Positions 12,830 through 26,039 of a DNA stretch of 64,000 bases are shown one piece after another. The DNA is from Octopus vulgaris (taxonomy: Eukaryota), in assembly GCA_951406725.2 (NCBI GenBank), contig OX597819.1, positions 65,348,001 to 65,412,000 of the forward strand, written 5' to 3'. The stretch's first letter is position 1, and every line of letters starts with the position of its first letter. Under the pieces are notes generated by a model. That model did not search any database, was not told the DNA's origin, and was given only the letters and a program-made list of their open reading frames with translations. Position numbers and translations under genes: made by a program.

Positions 12830-14886
12830 GCTCAGAAATGTTTGAGACACTTGCTGTTGTGCTTATGACTCGTGCTTGTCTCCCATTTAGGAAGCAGCTG
12901 TAGCCACGCATAATGATTGAACCGGACTTGATACCTTGTTTTCATCTCAGATATGTCTTGGTGGAACCTCTCTCTCCATGCTCATCACTATCGGCACCAA
13001 ACTTCGTTGAAAATATCGAGATGAGAATGTAAGAAGTGCATTTTAAGAGACATTCATCATCCCATTATTTCATATGCTGTTAGTATGTCGTTTATTAAAT
13101 CAGCATAGTTTTCATCACTATGATTTCCAAGAAGGTTCTGTACAACTAATACGAATGAATCCCATGTCGTCAGCGCAATTGGATTCACTTTATGTCTGAA
13201 TTTGTTATCAAACATCCATTTTTTGATCACGGCTCCAATGAAAATGCCTGCTTTCAGTTTTGTGCCACTTATTTCTGCATTAAATTTTACTTTTGGGTGC
13301 TGGAAACCACAACCAGTGTGTGTCATTGCTTTTATGAAGTTTTCCATTAGGCCGAGTTTGATGTGAAAGGGTGGAAGGAAGATCCTTTAGGGGTCTACCA
13401 ATGGCATATACAGCACATTGTATCAACCAGCTATGCACTCACCTCTTTTAGACCATTCTTTCAGAATGGTTGCTGTTATCGCGGCTATTTCAAACACACA
13501 AGAACCACATATTTTTGGTATATCCCAGCTGCAGTCCAAGGAGGAGATAAATCACATTTAAATCACCACAAATTATAAACTAAGTAATTAACTCCATTCA
13601 GTTCCATCGATTCATAAGTTACTTCCATAGAGACATTACCGACAGGAATGGAACCGTTTTCATTACCATAATGTAACAACACAGCTTTGAGGCCAATCTT
13701 ACTCGAGTCTATAAACAATCGCCATTTGTTAGCCAGGTGCACGTGTCCTAGATATTGCATGAGTGCATTAATGTCAGTACAGAAACAGGCATTATTTTCT
13801 TGCTTGAAATAGACAGTTGAGCCTTCATGGTAAGAACGGAAAATGGAAATGTTCGGACTTTGCTGTAGGAAAATTCGTTGCTGTAGTTTGTATTGCAAAA
13901 CTTCTGCCTTTTCCTTCGACAATGTTAGGTCTCTTACTAAACCATTCAAATCTTCTTCATTAGAGAAGCGTAGCTCATGTTTCTTAGAATCAACTATGTA
14001 CTCTTCGTCGATAAGAGAATTAGAGGGTACATCTTTCGACGTATCAAGTTCTTTAAGGGAATCATGTGAGAGGGCAACTGGGACAGATTTTTCGAAGTCA
14101 TGTGGGACCTGTTTTAGAGCCGATGTACGATCTGCATACACAATTATTTTTGCTTTGGTTTTCTTTGAGAATCCACTAATATTAGTCATGCAAAAGTAGC
14201 AATCAGAGACATGATTGGTTGGCTCGCGCCATACCTTTGATACAGGAAAACGTATTCCTTTCTGTTTTCCGTTCATCCGCTGTGCATGCCTTGACTGACA
14301 TAGGGTGCAGCATATGTGAGGTGCACACCTCTTGTTTTGGTCCCCAATTTTACACCCGAAATAATATTTATAGGCAGTTTTTGATTTGGTGGCAATGTAC
14401 TTCCGTTGATCACGCAGAGCGAATTTTCCACAGTCATAACAAAAGTTCTCACAGTGATTCACACAGCCTATCCTCTTCATGATCTAACACAATGAACACA
14501 ATTAAAACAGTAATCACGCAGAGCGAGAGACACATATATCACACGTGACGGCAGCGCCAACAACACTGAGAGCTGCCAAGAAGAAACTGACGCAATTTGG
14601 CGCTTGCACATAATACGTCAGCCCCATCTATTACTATACTAACTAATGAACTGTCTCATCATTTGTTTTATTGCTGTTATTTCTTAAATTTCGAATTAAG
14701 ACTGCTTTCAGTTTAGTAAATTTTGTAATACAGCCTATATCTAGCCGAACGTATAGTTATGATCTTCCACATAAATCAAACTCATGACGTTCTAGAACAA
14801 TTCTGAATGTGCATTAGGAATCAGCATCCTTTATTTAGTCTAAAACACATGCTTTTACCCAGTAGTAAAATCTTTGTTGTCATGTG
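12830..14886 (-). mobile_element. Chapaev3-like (CMC superfamily) DNA transposon, frameshifted transposase
   Basis: ORFs 13563-14480 and 13057-13347: CVNHCENFCYDCG, PHICCTLC, VWREPTNHVSDCYFC, WRLFIDSSK, KLKAGIFIG, then GERFHQDI; CAC-type terminus at 14886. Superfamily assigned from remembered motifs. Confidence 0.7.
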
Positions 14887-15184
14887 TAATTGATTCCCTG
14901 TCTCGCCAATATGTAGTTCCTCGCAATTCGGGCATTTAATGCAGCAGATCAAATTTCTGCGAGTTTATAGTGTGTATGTGCGTGCATACACACACACACA
15001 CATACATACATACATACATACATACATACATACATACATACATACATACATACATACACATAGGCGTACGTACGTATATACATGCATACACGCATGCATG
15101 CATACCGGCGTGCATACATACACACATACATACGTACATATATATAACGAACTATCTGTTACTTTCTCAGATGCAGCACGGGTT

Positions 15185-15235
15185 TTTGTCAGTGAACAGG
15201 TTGCGGTCTTAAATCGACGAAAATATTTTGACAAA
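15185..15235 (+). ncRNA. Type I hammerhead with G3:C8 covariant core (GUGAACA)
   Basis: tttgtca-GTGAACA-g-gttg...cgac-GAAA-atat-TT-tgacaaa: 7 bp stem I, 4 bp stem II, AATATT palindromic stem III. Confidence 0.65.
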
Positions 15236-15414
15236 TTAAACTTAAATGTTGAAGTGAATCGAACGGCTTTTGTGTGTTTCTTAAATGGCTTACAAACACC
15301 TTTCCACGCTGCAATTGTTTTCGTTTCAGCACACTATCTCAGAACAAATCACTTGCTATGCAAGTACATCTCCGCAGTTCATATCTGCATTTGAGAAAAT
15401 CTATCCATTTTTTG

Positions 15415-16070
15415 TTCTAATGGATCTACCAGTATGCATGTACTGACACGTTCCACATCTGCTACCATTACACTTGTGTACAGAGGAAAACTTATCCTGT
15501 TTGTTCATATTGAATTTTGACTTTGCTAATAGTTTCTTTAGGTTATATGGTTGCCTTTTGTTTAAGACAAGTGTTTCACTAGTTATGTGTTTTTAATTTT
15601 TCACTTTGTTACGTGATTGGCAAATTTCTTTTGATGATGTTAAAAATGCTTTAGTAATGCGGATTGTATTTGATGCAGAAATGTGATGCAGATTGTGCTT
15701 GATGCAGAAATATGATGCGGATTCCGGTGCTGGGGAAATGGTATTCTGCTCCATTGATGGCTTCGGGGTTCGTTTTTCTCGTGTTGCCCTAAGTTGCTCT
15801 ATAGGTATCTGTTTTGCTCGTTATCTGCTATTTTCTATTAGTAGGAGAGAATAATTTTGCTTGAGCAGGAATCTTTAGAGTTCTATAAGTTGGATGTTCC
15901 CAGTATTTAGATCATCTACTATGGTACCAATTTTCAGGTCTGAGCAGTACGGGGTGTGGCAGTTTGTGTGTGTTGGGTGACATGATTTGAAATTTAGTTA
16001 CTTATGTGTATCTGTGCTTTTGTAATAAATATCATTTGTGATGGTGGTGTTGGTTTTAATACCACTACAT
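15415..16070 (-). pseudogene. Neptune-type Penelope-like element, RT thumb and linker fragment
   Basis: Manual translation with stops: NDIYYKSTDTHK*LNFKSCHP...IGTIV...FLLKQNY...AKQIPIEQLR; KRQPYNLKKLLAKSKF...KCNGSRCGTC. Confidence 0.85.
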
Positions 16071-16496
16071 GGCCTTGCTTTTGTTCCCCCCTACATGGCC
16101 TTGCTTTTGCTTTTTGAGCCAAAAAAATTAAATTAAAAAAATTAAATTAAATTCATTACCATTTTGTCAAGAAATGGTAATTGTGCGTTGCTCATTTCCC
16201 TTGTGAATCTCAGACTAGGATGACCGATTCTCTATGTTTCTCGACCCAATATTGTATGGCAGGAATTCCCAAATTATGGGGATATAAGGTTGTAACATCA
16301 AAACTAACAGTGAAAACCTGGAAGAATTCAGAAGCCTCTACAACGATCTGTCTCTGTCTATTTAAATGTTTGTAGATCTATATATCTGCCAGCCTGTCCA
16401 TCTCTCTAACATACAAACATGTAATTATTTATCTTTCTAGGTGACTCTCAACATATCGATTTGTAAAAACGTATATTGCGTGTGTCTGCATGTATA

Positions 16497-16620
16497 CAAG
16501 GTCTGATCAAAAATGACACGGACTGTTGGCATAGTAAGGAAACTAAAGCACGCAGAGTGAATCTGCTTCGCACAGAATGACACTCACCTCTGCAGTGCAA
16601 GTGTGCAAGTCCACTAAGTT
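16497..16620 (+). mobile_element. Mariner-type terminal fragment
   Basis: TA|caaggtctgatcaaaaatgacacggact resembles a mariner TIR; no partner TIR seen. Confidence 0.4.
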
Positions 16621-16684
<64 letters not shown>

Positions 16685-16740
16685 CACACTTCAAATTTAC
16701 AGAGATCAAAAGACGAAGGCAGCTGAGAAACTAACAATCA

Positions 16741-16893
16741 GGTGTGTTAGTTTGATGCTCGGCAAGAATGGAAAAATAATTGGTTTCAAATATAGGATTC
16801 TAGGTTCATTCCCACTGTGTCTTCTACTATAGCTCGAGGTGAAGAAATATTTGTGTATGGCTTTCGCTGATGGAAACGGAGAGAAGCCCGTCG

Positions 16894-16968
<75 letters not shown>

Positions 16969-17430
16969 ATGACCGTGTGTATACCGTTGGCGATTTTTTC
17001 CCTCTGTCTTTCCTTCTCTGGATCTTTCCTTCTCCTATGTTTCCGACTAAGAGCTCCGCTCGAAACGTTAAACCCTCCTTCTTTCCTTCTTTCCTGAGCG
17101 TCCAATAATACTATATCTGTTCCACGTCCTCGCGTTGTTGTGTTTTTTTTGTGCTTTCTTGTTTGGATTAACTATATATGTATTTGTGTGAATCTGTTGG
17201 GCCTATCTATATGTTTCCTTACGTATGTGTGTGCCTAAGACCACCGCTTACCAACAAGTGTTTTTAATGAATATATTTCATTAACTTCGGCAACAGGCAA
17301 CACGATACCATATAATAAGTAGCGTGTCTTAAAAAAATGCAATACTTTGGTTGATTCATTCGACCAAAATATCCTTAAGGCGCTGTCCCAGGATGGCAGC
17401 AGTGTAATGACTGAATTATGTACAAGATAA
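16741..17430 (+). mobile_element. Old SINE family A copy split at its internal microsatellite by a hammerhead element
   Basis: 5' part gtcttctactatagc...agaagcccgtcgt; 3' part ending atgactgaattatgtacaagataa. Confidence 0.6.
16968..17172 (+). mobile_element. Short hammerhead-bearing element (PLE-terminus or retrozyme-like), family H1
   Basis: gttt-CCGACTA-a-gagc-tcc-gctc-GAAA-cg-TT-aaac at 17039-73 (2 core mutations); homologous to 62395-62595. Confidence 0.7.
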
Positions 17431-17476
17431 CAATTCGATACACAGAAACGCGCACGTACGTGTATGCTTTCTTCTA

Positions 17477-18780
17477 TTAGATTGGCAACTAAGTTTCCGC
17501 CCTTTTTTGTTAAATTTAAATATTTTAAAACGAAGGTTTAATAAAAAATAACAACCAATTAAGCAATAATGTATTCACCCTTGTTGTTTGCACCTTCTGC
17601 CCAACGTTCAACAAATTTTTCAATACCTCGTTGGTAGAAATCACTCGATTACGACTCGAAAAATTGATCCAACCAAGCTTTCATTTCTGCATCAGTATTG
17701 AACGAAATTCCGCGCATAGCATTTGAAAGAGATCGAAAGAGGTGGAAATCCGTTGGTGCCAAATCAGGAAAGTACGTTGGGTGTGGCAGCACTTCCCAGC
17801 CATGCGTTTGAATGGCTTCCTTGGTCATATTGGCAATATGTGGGCGGCTTTTGTCGTGCTGCAGAAGAAGTCCATGCTGATTATTAGGTCTTTTCTCTTG
17901 AATAGCCATGTTGATTCGTTCCATCTGTTGAACATTGAGTTCCGCCTTGACCGTTTGGTTCCGTTCAAGCAATTTGTAATGGATAATCCCTTCCCAGTCC
18001 CGCCATATGCACAACATCGTTTTACGCGGTTGAAGATCTTGTTTCACGTGCGGTGTCATTTGTTTACAGGGGCTAAGCCATTCCTTACGCTGCTTCATAT
18101 TGATGTATAGGTACCATTTTTTGTCGTCAGTAACGATTGAGTAAAGAAATCGTTGCTTGTGGCCATGTGTTGAGCGGTGATGAGCAAGCAAACCAGCGGA
18201 GATTGTGGCTCCATGATTTTTGTTGTTGTCACTTAAAGCATGCAGACTCCATGCTCCATACTTCCGAACCTTTTCCATCGAGTGAAGATGCTTCTTTATA
18301 GCAGTGTGGAAGCATTCCATTTTCTCTGCCAGTTCCCTTGCTGTTTGACGAGAATTATCGTGCAAAAGTTGGTTTAATCGCTCTTCATCGAACTCCACTG
18401 GACAGCCAGAACGAGGTGCGTCTTTGAGGTCAAAATTTCCGTTTTTGAACTTGGTACATCCAATCACTCGGTATATCAACTATTGCACCCTCACCATACA
18501 TAGCACAAATGTCGCGAGCAGCTTTTGCGGCCTTAGAAGCTTGATTAAAAGCAAAAAGGAGGAGGTGTCGAAAATGCTCGTTTTTCTTAATTTGAAATTC
18601 CATTTTAATTAGCTGAAAGTAAACAAAAATTAACTAAAATTAAGTAGAAAAGCAAAAAGCAAAATAGATTCCAATTAGACTCAAAAATAGAATTCTCGAA
18701 AAATAAATAGATTCCAAAGTTTAAAAACGCAATAAATTCCAAAATTTTTTTAAATGGCGGGAACGTATTTGCCAACTCAA
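17477..18780 (-). mobile_element. Full-length mariner (DD34D) transposon, 1304 bp
   Basis: TA TSDs 17475-76 and 18781-82; TIRs ttagattggcaactaagtttccgcc / ggcgggaacgtatttgccaactcaa. Confidence 0.95.
17559..18603 (-). pseudogene. Mariner transposase pseudogene
   Basis: MEFQIKKNEHFRHLLLF..., frameshift near 18470, IVTDDKKW, HDKSRPH, YFPDLAPTD (D34D spacing counted), internal stop at 17649. Confidence 0.9.
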
Positions 18781-19052
18781 TATTTGACTTATGTGCATTG
18801 AGGTATAAACATTCACACTCAAAGATACACATATACAGTAAAGGAATGTTGACTGAATCTAATAAAAAAAAAGGTAGATAAAAAATCATCTAATTATAGG
18901 CGCATTCAACGTGCATTCTTATATGTGCACTGTGCGCATACCCATGCAGAAGGACACTCGCGATTATATATTAATCTCGAAACATACCAACAATAAACGT
19001 ATGTGTTCAACATACAACCAAGCCCGAGGGAACACACAAAATTATACAGAAA

Positions 19053-19344
19053 CACGGGTTCAGTCCTACTGCGTGGCACCTTGGGCAAGTGCCTTCTTCT
19101 ATAGCCGCGGGCCGACCAAAGCCCTGTAGATGGATTTGGTACACAGAAAGTGAAAGACCCGTCATGTGTGTGTGCGAGTGTGTGTGTATATGTGTTTGCC
19201 GCCCCACCCCCATCGCTTGAAATCCTGCAAAAGACCGATAGAAAAAGTACTAGGCTTGCAAGGAATAAGTCCTGGTGTCGATTTGTCCGACTAAAGCCAG
19301 TGCTCCAGCATACCTGAAGTCAACAGACTGAAACAAATAAAAAA
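19053..19344 (+). mobile_element. SINE family A, 5'-truncated
   Basis: gggttcagtcctactgcgtggcaccttgggcaagtg ... gactgaaacaaataaa. Confidence 0.85.
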
Positions 19345-19353
19345 ATATGTATG

Positions 19354-19414
<61 letters not shown>

Positions 19415-19429
19415 TTATGTATATATATA

Positions 19430-19489
<60 letters not shown>

Positions 19490-19490
<1 letters not shown>

Positions 19491-20465
19491 TAGCAGTAAT
19501 ACCCGTCGTTGATCGGATAATTGCTCTTGCTGCTTCTCGGGAGCCACATTCAAAGTATCATTATATTTTTGCACGTGTGACTATTAATCGTACTGACGAA
19601 AATCGATTAATCTGCGACTGCAAAATCAATACTTTCTTACACAATGTACGTACGTGTGCTCGTGCGTTCTGTGCACGCACGAATTAAGCTAAACTTGAAT
19701 GAAGTCCAATCAAAATTCAATTATTTTGGTTTAAAAATCAAGCATTTAATGCCCTCTATTTTTGCGCGTATGTGTTCCATTTCCTCAATAGGAAGTACGT
19801 AGAAGCGTTTCATAAATTTTTGTTGATCAAATAATTGCATTGCTGAATTATTCTTTTAGATCAGTATTTCTCAACGAGGATTTCAGAGGAGAGTTTCAGT
19901 GAGTCGCTGGCGATGTGTCGTGATGATAAAAAATTCAGCCTGCTAAAATTTGGTTAAAGTGATTCAAACTGCAGACTCAACTCAAAATGGTCACATTTAA
20001 TTCAAAGCGTTAAAAATGTTATGAAAACAATTGGTATGTGTTCACAAAGTCCAAACGATTACTACGAAAAAACCCTCCATGTTACATCCCGAAAATTCAT
20101 TTCTTTGCCGAATTTCTACAGTGTTTACGGCGATTCGTTTCTATATCTTGATTTTTTATTTTTCATGCAATTTACGCATGCTTGCGTCAAACAGCTGACT
20201 GTTCACGTCAAACAGCTGACTGGGTAAAGTTCACTATTCAATGCATAGGATAAGGCCTAAACAAACACATTATCGATTTTTGCACTTGCGAGATGAATTT
20301 CGGAACAGAAATGGCGCAGTTCAATTTTCATTCGCCTAAACTTTAAGTGACACATTTTTGGTGGTTCTACGATTTGTTGGCTAGGAGATGTGCAGAGAAC
20401 TTAAACACACAGACACACACACAGATACAAACACAGACACACAAGTTGAGTTTTATATATATAGA
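19490..20465 (-). mobile_element. Complete non-autonomous Helitron (~976 bp)
   Basis: Minus strand A|TCtatatatataaaactcaac start at 20465; tatccg/cgggta hairpin; CTAG|T end at 19490-93 inside (TA)n. Confidence 0.8.
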
Positions 20466-20750
20466 TATACACATACATACATACCCGTAAGCACATTCAC
20501 ATAATTTTTGCTTTCTCTATTTTTGTGTGTGTTCGTGTGTAAGTGTGAGCGACTGTGTGTGCCTCCACATCTTTGTACACCTTACCTAAATACAGTTTTG
20601 CACTTATGACAATATATTTTACTGACTCTATATTTTAGCGTTTACTGCTGTCCACAAGCGTTGATGCGTACATGTAAATAGGAGTATGTATGTGTGCGTG
20701 TGTATTTATGTGGAAGTATGTACATGCACACATATCGACATATCTACATG

Positions 20751-20794
<44 letters not shown>

Positions 20795-20815
20795 TATATA
20801 AATGTATATGTATAA

Positions 20816-20864
<49 letters not shown>

Positions 20865-20988
20865 TAGATAGATAAAAACAGAGATAGATAGAAAAAGTGA
20901 TATATACTGTATACATAAATACATAGCAAACATACACACACATTTATATATTAGTGTGTGTATATGGGTATATATGCATATATATATA

Positions 20989-21055
<67 letters not shown>

Positions 21056-21082
21056 ATGCCTATATATATGTGTGTGTACATG

Positions 21083-21126
<44 letters not shown>

Positions 21127-21600
21127 AAATATAAATGTGTTTGTGCTTGTGCGTGTGAATGTATGTATACATAATTTTATATACATAATCATGTATGTCA
21201 CCATATAAGTGTACGTGTATATTTGTGACTGATATATTGGTTAGCGTATTCTGTGTATATATCTGTGACTCAGTTTACAAAAGTCAGCTTACACACAACC
21301 AACATTACGTAAGCTGTACTTGTGTACGCGCCACCAGTTTCGTGGTTTTGTGTCAGCGAGGTAATCAAGCAATAGATTTATGCATCTATAGAGTTAAGAA
21401 TATAGATTATCTTCATATTTTTTCTTCATGATTTCCTTCCTATCTTGTGATGTTTTTATAATATTTGTATTTATTTATATCGTTTTTCCTCAAACATATT
21501 CTTGACTCTTGCCTGTATTATTTTCCTTCTTTACCGACTTTTCATTTCTGGCTTGTTTGAATTAATAGAGTTATGTGAGTGCGGATACGTACATGTACAT

Positions 21601-21645
<45 letters not shown>

Positions 21646-21650
21646 CAACG

Positions 21651-21699
<49 letters not shown>

Positions 21700-21841
21700 G
21701 TATATATATATGTATATATATATACATACGTATACGTAAACACACACGCATATGTATGTAACGATATGCCTATAAATTTGTTACCTACACTCACAAATTC
21801 GAATAAACATACATGATCATACATATATATATATAGAGAGA

Positions 21842-21872
<31 letters not shown>

Positions 21873-22289
21873 GGTAGATAGATAGATGAATAGATAAATA
21901 GATAGATACAAATATATAACAATATATATAAATATAAATATATATACCTATATAAAAATACACACTCACTCACACACTCACACATATATATATACACTAA
22001 CAAGCATACATTTATATGCATGTATATATTAGGCAGCTCTTTTCTATAATTTTGGGTTGCATTTTCACTCTCTGTCTTTCCTTTTTGCTATGCAACGTCT
22101 GTCTATCGAAATCTGTACGAATAGACATAATACGAATCCCCATATCAGTCCCTCAATCTAAGCCTCATCCGTTATCTCATGTTGCAATCTGTTGTTGTAT
22201 ATATTGATATATGCATACGCATTTGATATATATATATGTATGTGTGTGTAAATATATATATAGAGGATAAATAGATAAATATAGATATT

Positions 22290-22330
<41 letters not shown>

Positions 22331-22409
22331 ACAATCATGGGAGATTATATATCAACGCCTGTGTATGTATATTTGAATATGTGTGTGTAGGTTCTCTTTT
22401 ATATTCATT

Positions 22410-22484
<75 letters not shown>

Positions 22485-22486
22485 TC

Positions 22487-22540
<54 letters not shown>

Positions 22541-22789
22541 ATATATATATACACATCCATTTCCTGAGCGCCTATTAATAATAATACTGTAATTGTTCCA
22601 TTGTTGTTGTTTTTTTGTTTCCCGTTTGGATTAAAATTACACATACATATATATATATATATATGTATACATATTCATATACATAAATACAAGCATACAT
22701 ACACACACAAATATATACACATATGCAGAGACATAGTACATATATATCAATACGTATTCAAGTTATATGTATGTATATCGGTATGACAT

Positions 22790-22815
22790 ATTTATTATTA
22801 TTATTATTGTTGTTG

Positions 22816-22849
<34 letters not shown>

Positions 22850-22935
22850 CATTATCATCATCATCATTATTATTAATATGTCCATCATTATAATCATCCT
22901 CATAATTATCATCATTATCGTCATCGTCGTCATCA
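22790..22935. repeat. (TTA)/(TTG)/(TCA)n compound trinucleotide repeat
   Basis: direct reading. Confidence 0.9.
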
Positions 22936-23405
22936 TTTCTTATTGAACTTATCATTTATCTTTACAAACGTTGTTACCGCTCACCCGTTCTCTCCAGATA
23001 CTCTGTGCATGATTTTTCTTTCTGCCTTAATTTTAACCGTTTTCTTTAGTTTTATACGTACCCTGATTTTTTTCTTTCATGATTTTAACTTTTTGTTTTT
23101 TATCCTGTCATATTTTCTTTCAGTATACTATTTGTTTTTATTTTGATTTGCATACAAGTCTTTGCGGGTATATGTCTATTTTGCAAACGAACTTCTTTGT
23201 GTCTCTATCTGTTTTTACCGTATACAAGAGTTTGTATAGGCAAATACGTAGTTTGTACTGCGTGTTTTTCAAGAGCCTATAAAAAAAATTTTTATACAAA
23301 AACGTTCTAGGTAAAATTGAATTCTGTGCATATATATATATATACATATATACATAAGTCCATATATATATACTTATATACATATACATATATACATAAG
23401 TACAT

Positions 23406-23444
<39 letters not shown>

Positions 23445-23910
23445 CATATATATATGTATATATATATATATATATGAGTACGTATATACATATATATACA
23501 CACACATATATACATATATATATATATGCATACATACATAGGTACATACGTACGTACATGAATACATACAAACGAACATACATACATACATACATACGTA
23601 TATAAGAATAGACCACGCACACACACACGCGCATGTATCGATGCATATTCACCTATATACACTTATTTGCTGCTTGTTTGCAAGAATCTGTTTATATTTC
23701 TCCAAAATCAAGTAGCGAAACTTACTGGGTTAATCTCATACGTTTGGTTTCACTTACTGTTCAGTTAGTTCTTCTACTTTACCTCACTGTCTTCATTTAT
23801 TTTTTAAGAGTATATCGGCATTTCCTTATATGAAGAGTCTTGAAATCTTCATTCCTATTTTTTCATACATATTCTTCATGCTACATTTCAACTTGAGTTC
23901 ATATATATAC

Positions 23911-23953
<43 letters not shown>

Positions 23954-24142
23954 CATACAGACATACATGCATACATACATACATGCATACATACATAGAA
24001 ACATAGATAGATAAACTGACATATACATACGTGCAATCGCATGTATATATATAGAAATCTGCGTGTATATATGTATATTCATATATGAATAAATATTAAT
24101 GCGTAAAAGTGAGTCAAGAAGTACATATGTAAATACTATATA

Positions 24143-24223
<81 letters not shown>

Positions 24224-24341
24224 ATATATTTAAATACAGATATATATATATATGTGTGCATGTATGTGTGCATGGATGTATGTATATGCATGGATGTGTG
24301 TATATGTATATATATATATTTATATATGTATATATAGGTGC

Positions 24342-24408
<67 letters not shown>

Positions 24409-24686
24409 TAGATAAATATATAGATAGATAAACACAGAGAGATATACATACGTGCATTCGTATATATATAGTGATCTGCATGTATATGTAGATATTTGTA
24501 TAACTATCAATGCGTAAGAATGTATTTAAATGTACATTGGTAAATCGATACGTATATATATATATATACATATATATACACACATATATATATATGTATG
24601 TATATATGCATATATATGCGAACATATACATACACATGTACCTACGTACGTGCATACATACATACATACATACATACATACATACA

Positions 24687-24720
<34 letters not shown>

Positions 24721-24769
24721 CATACATACATACATACATACATACATACATACATGCATATCAATCTGT

Positions 24770-26000
24770 ACTAGCAAGCTTTCATTGGGAACAATAGCAT
24801 CCCACACTGGTTAGTTCTGGCAGAGACAAAATTGATCCCGAAATGCAGAACCACCCGCATGGTAAAAAACTATCGGTTAATTGTATACCAGAACTTAATG
24901 TATATGATATATACACCATGTTAAATCCTCTTCTTGCAGGACCATTGTCAAAGAAACAACATTATCACAGCAGAAAAAGAAGCTGTGGAAAAAGTGTGTG
25001 GAAATGTGCCGAGGAATTGTTAATCAACAAAATGTCAGAGGTGCGAGAGCATAGCAGGAACCTAGTTCCAATGTGGCTAGACCAGAAGAAAGCCTTCGAC
25101 TCTATTACCCACTCATTGATGATAGAAGCTCTTCAACTTGCTAATGTTCCAGTGAGAATAGTCAAAGCCATAGCGGACCTGACTTCATCGTGGTCCACCA
25201 TCTTGAAATTAAACACAAAGAGTGGCTGTATTATCACCGATTGAATATCGCAAAGGCATATTCCAAGGCGACAGTCTCTATGTGATGTTGTTTATAGTTT
25301 CTGTAAACCCCTTGTAACTCTTTTTAGATTACTTAAAACCTTATGCAAAGAATGTGCATGGGATGAAAATGAGCCTTGACCTTCTTACAACAATCACAAA
25401 GACTGTAGGTTTCCAGTTTCGTCAGGATAAATGTTGTTATATGGTTGTGAAAAGTTGGAAAAACTATAAACCATACTAGTAACATCTCCATAATGATTTG
25501 ACTGTTTCCTCTGTATTTGATGGGGAATGGTACAGGTATATAGGTGTGGATGAAAATATATCTTACAATGGCACCTGTAACAAAAAACATGCTACTAATA
25601 CAGCCGAATGAAGAAAATTTGAACCTCAGAACTCTCTGTATTCAATATATCAGTGGTCCACAATGTGTTTGCAGTGCCAGTACTCATACCAACATATGGG
25701 CTGCTTTATTGGACTATTGATGAGATCCGAGTCATTGATGTGAAAACCCGAAAGAATACTAATATACATAATTTCCACATAAATAGTGATGTTGACCGGC
25801 TCCAGTTAAAAGGAAAATAAGACGACAGTGGCTTAACATCAATCCAAAATACCTTTGAATGTCTCAGCACATCTCTTCGGCAACGTCTTTTAACCACCAA
25901 GTGTCCAAATGTATCCCTTGACCAAGTTTGCATACATGAGGCTGATAACATCATAAGACTTGAAAGGCAGCTACCTAGTGGTAGAAGATGAAAATGAGGG
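24770..26000 (+). pseudogene. Old R4/NeSL-group (RLE) retrotransposon RT fragment
   Basis: LLINK, WLDQKKAFDSITH, GIFQGDSL, FAVPVLIPTYG...WTIDEIRVIDVKTRK...FHINSDVDRL, with stops. Confidence 0.8.
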
Positions 26001-26039
26001 CAGTGACATGAAACTCCCTTATTCACCAGATGCCACCTA

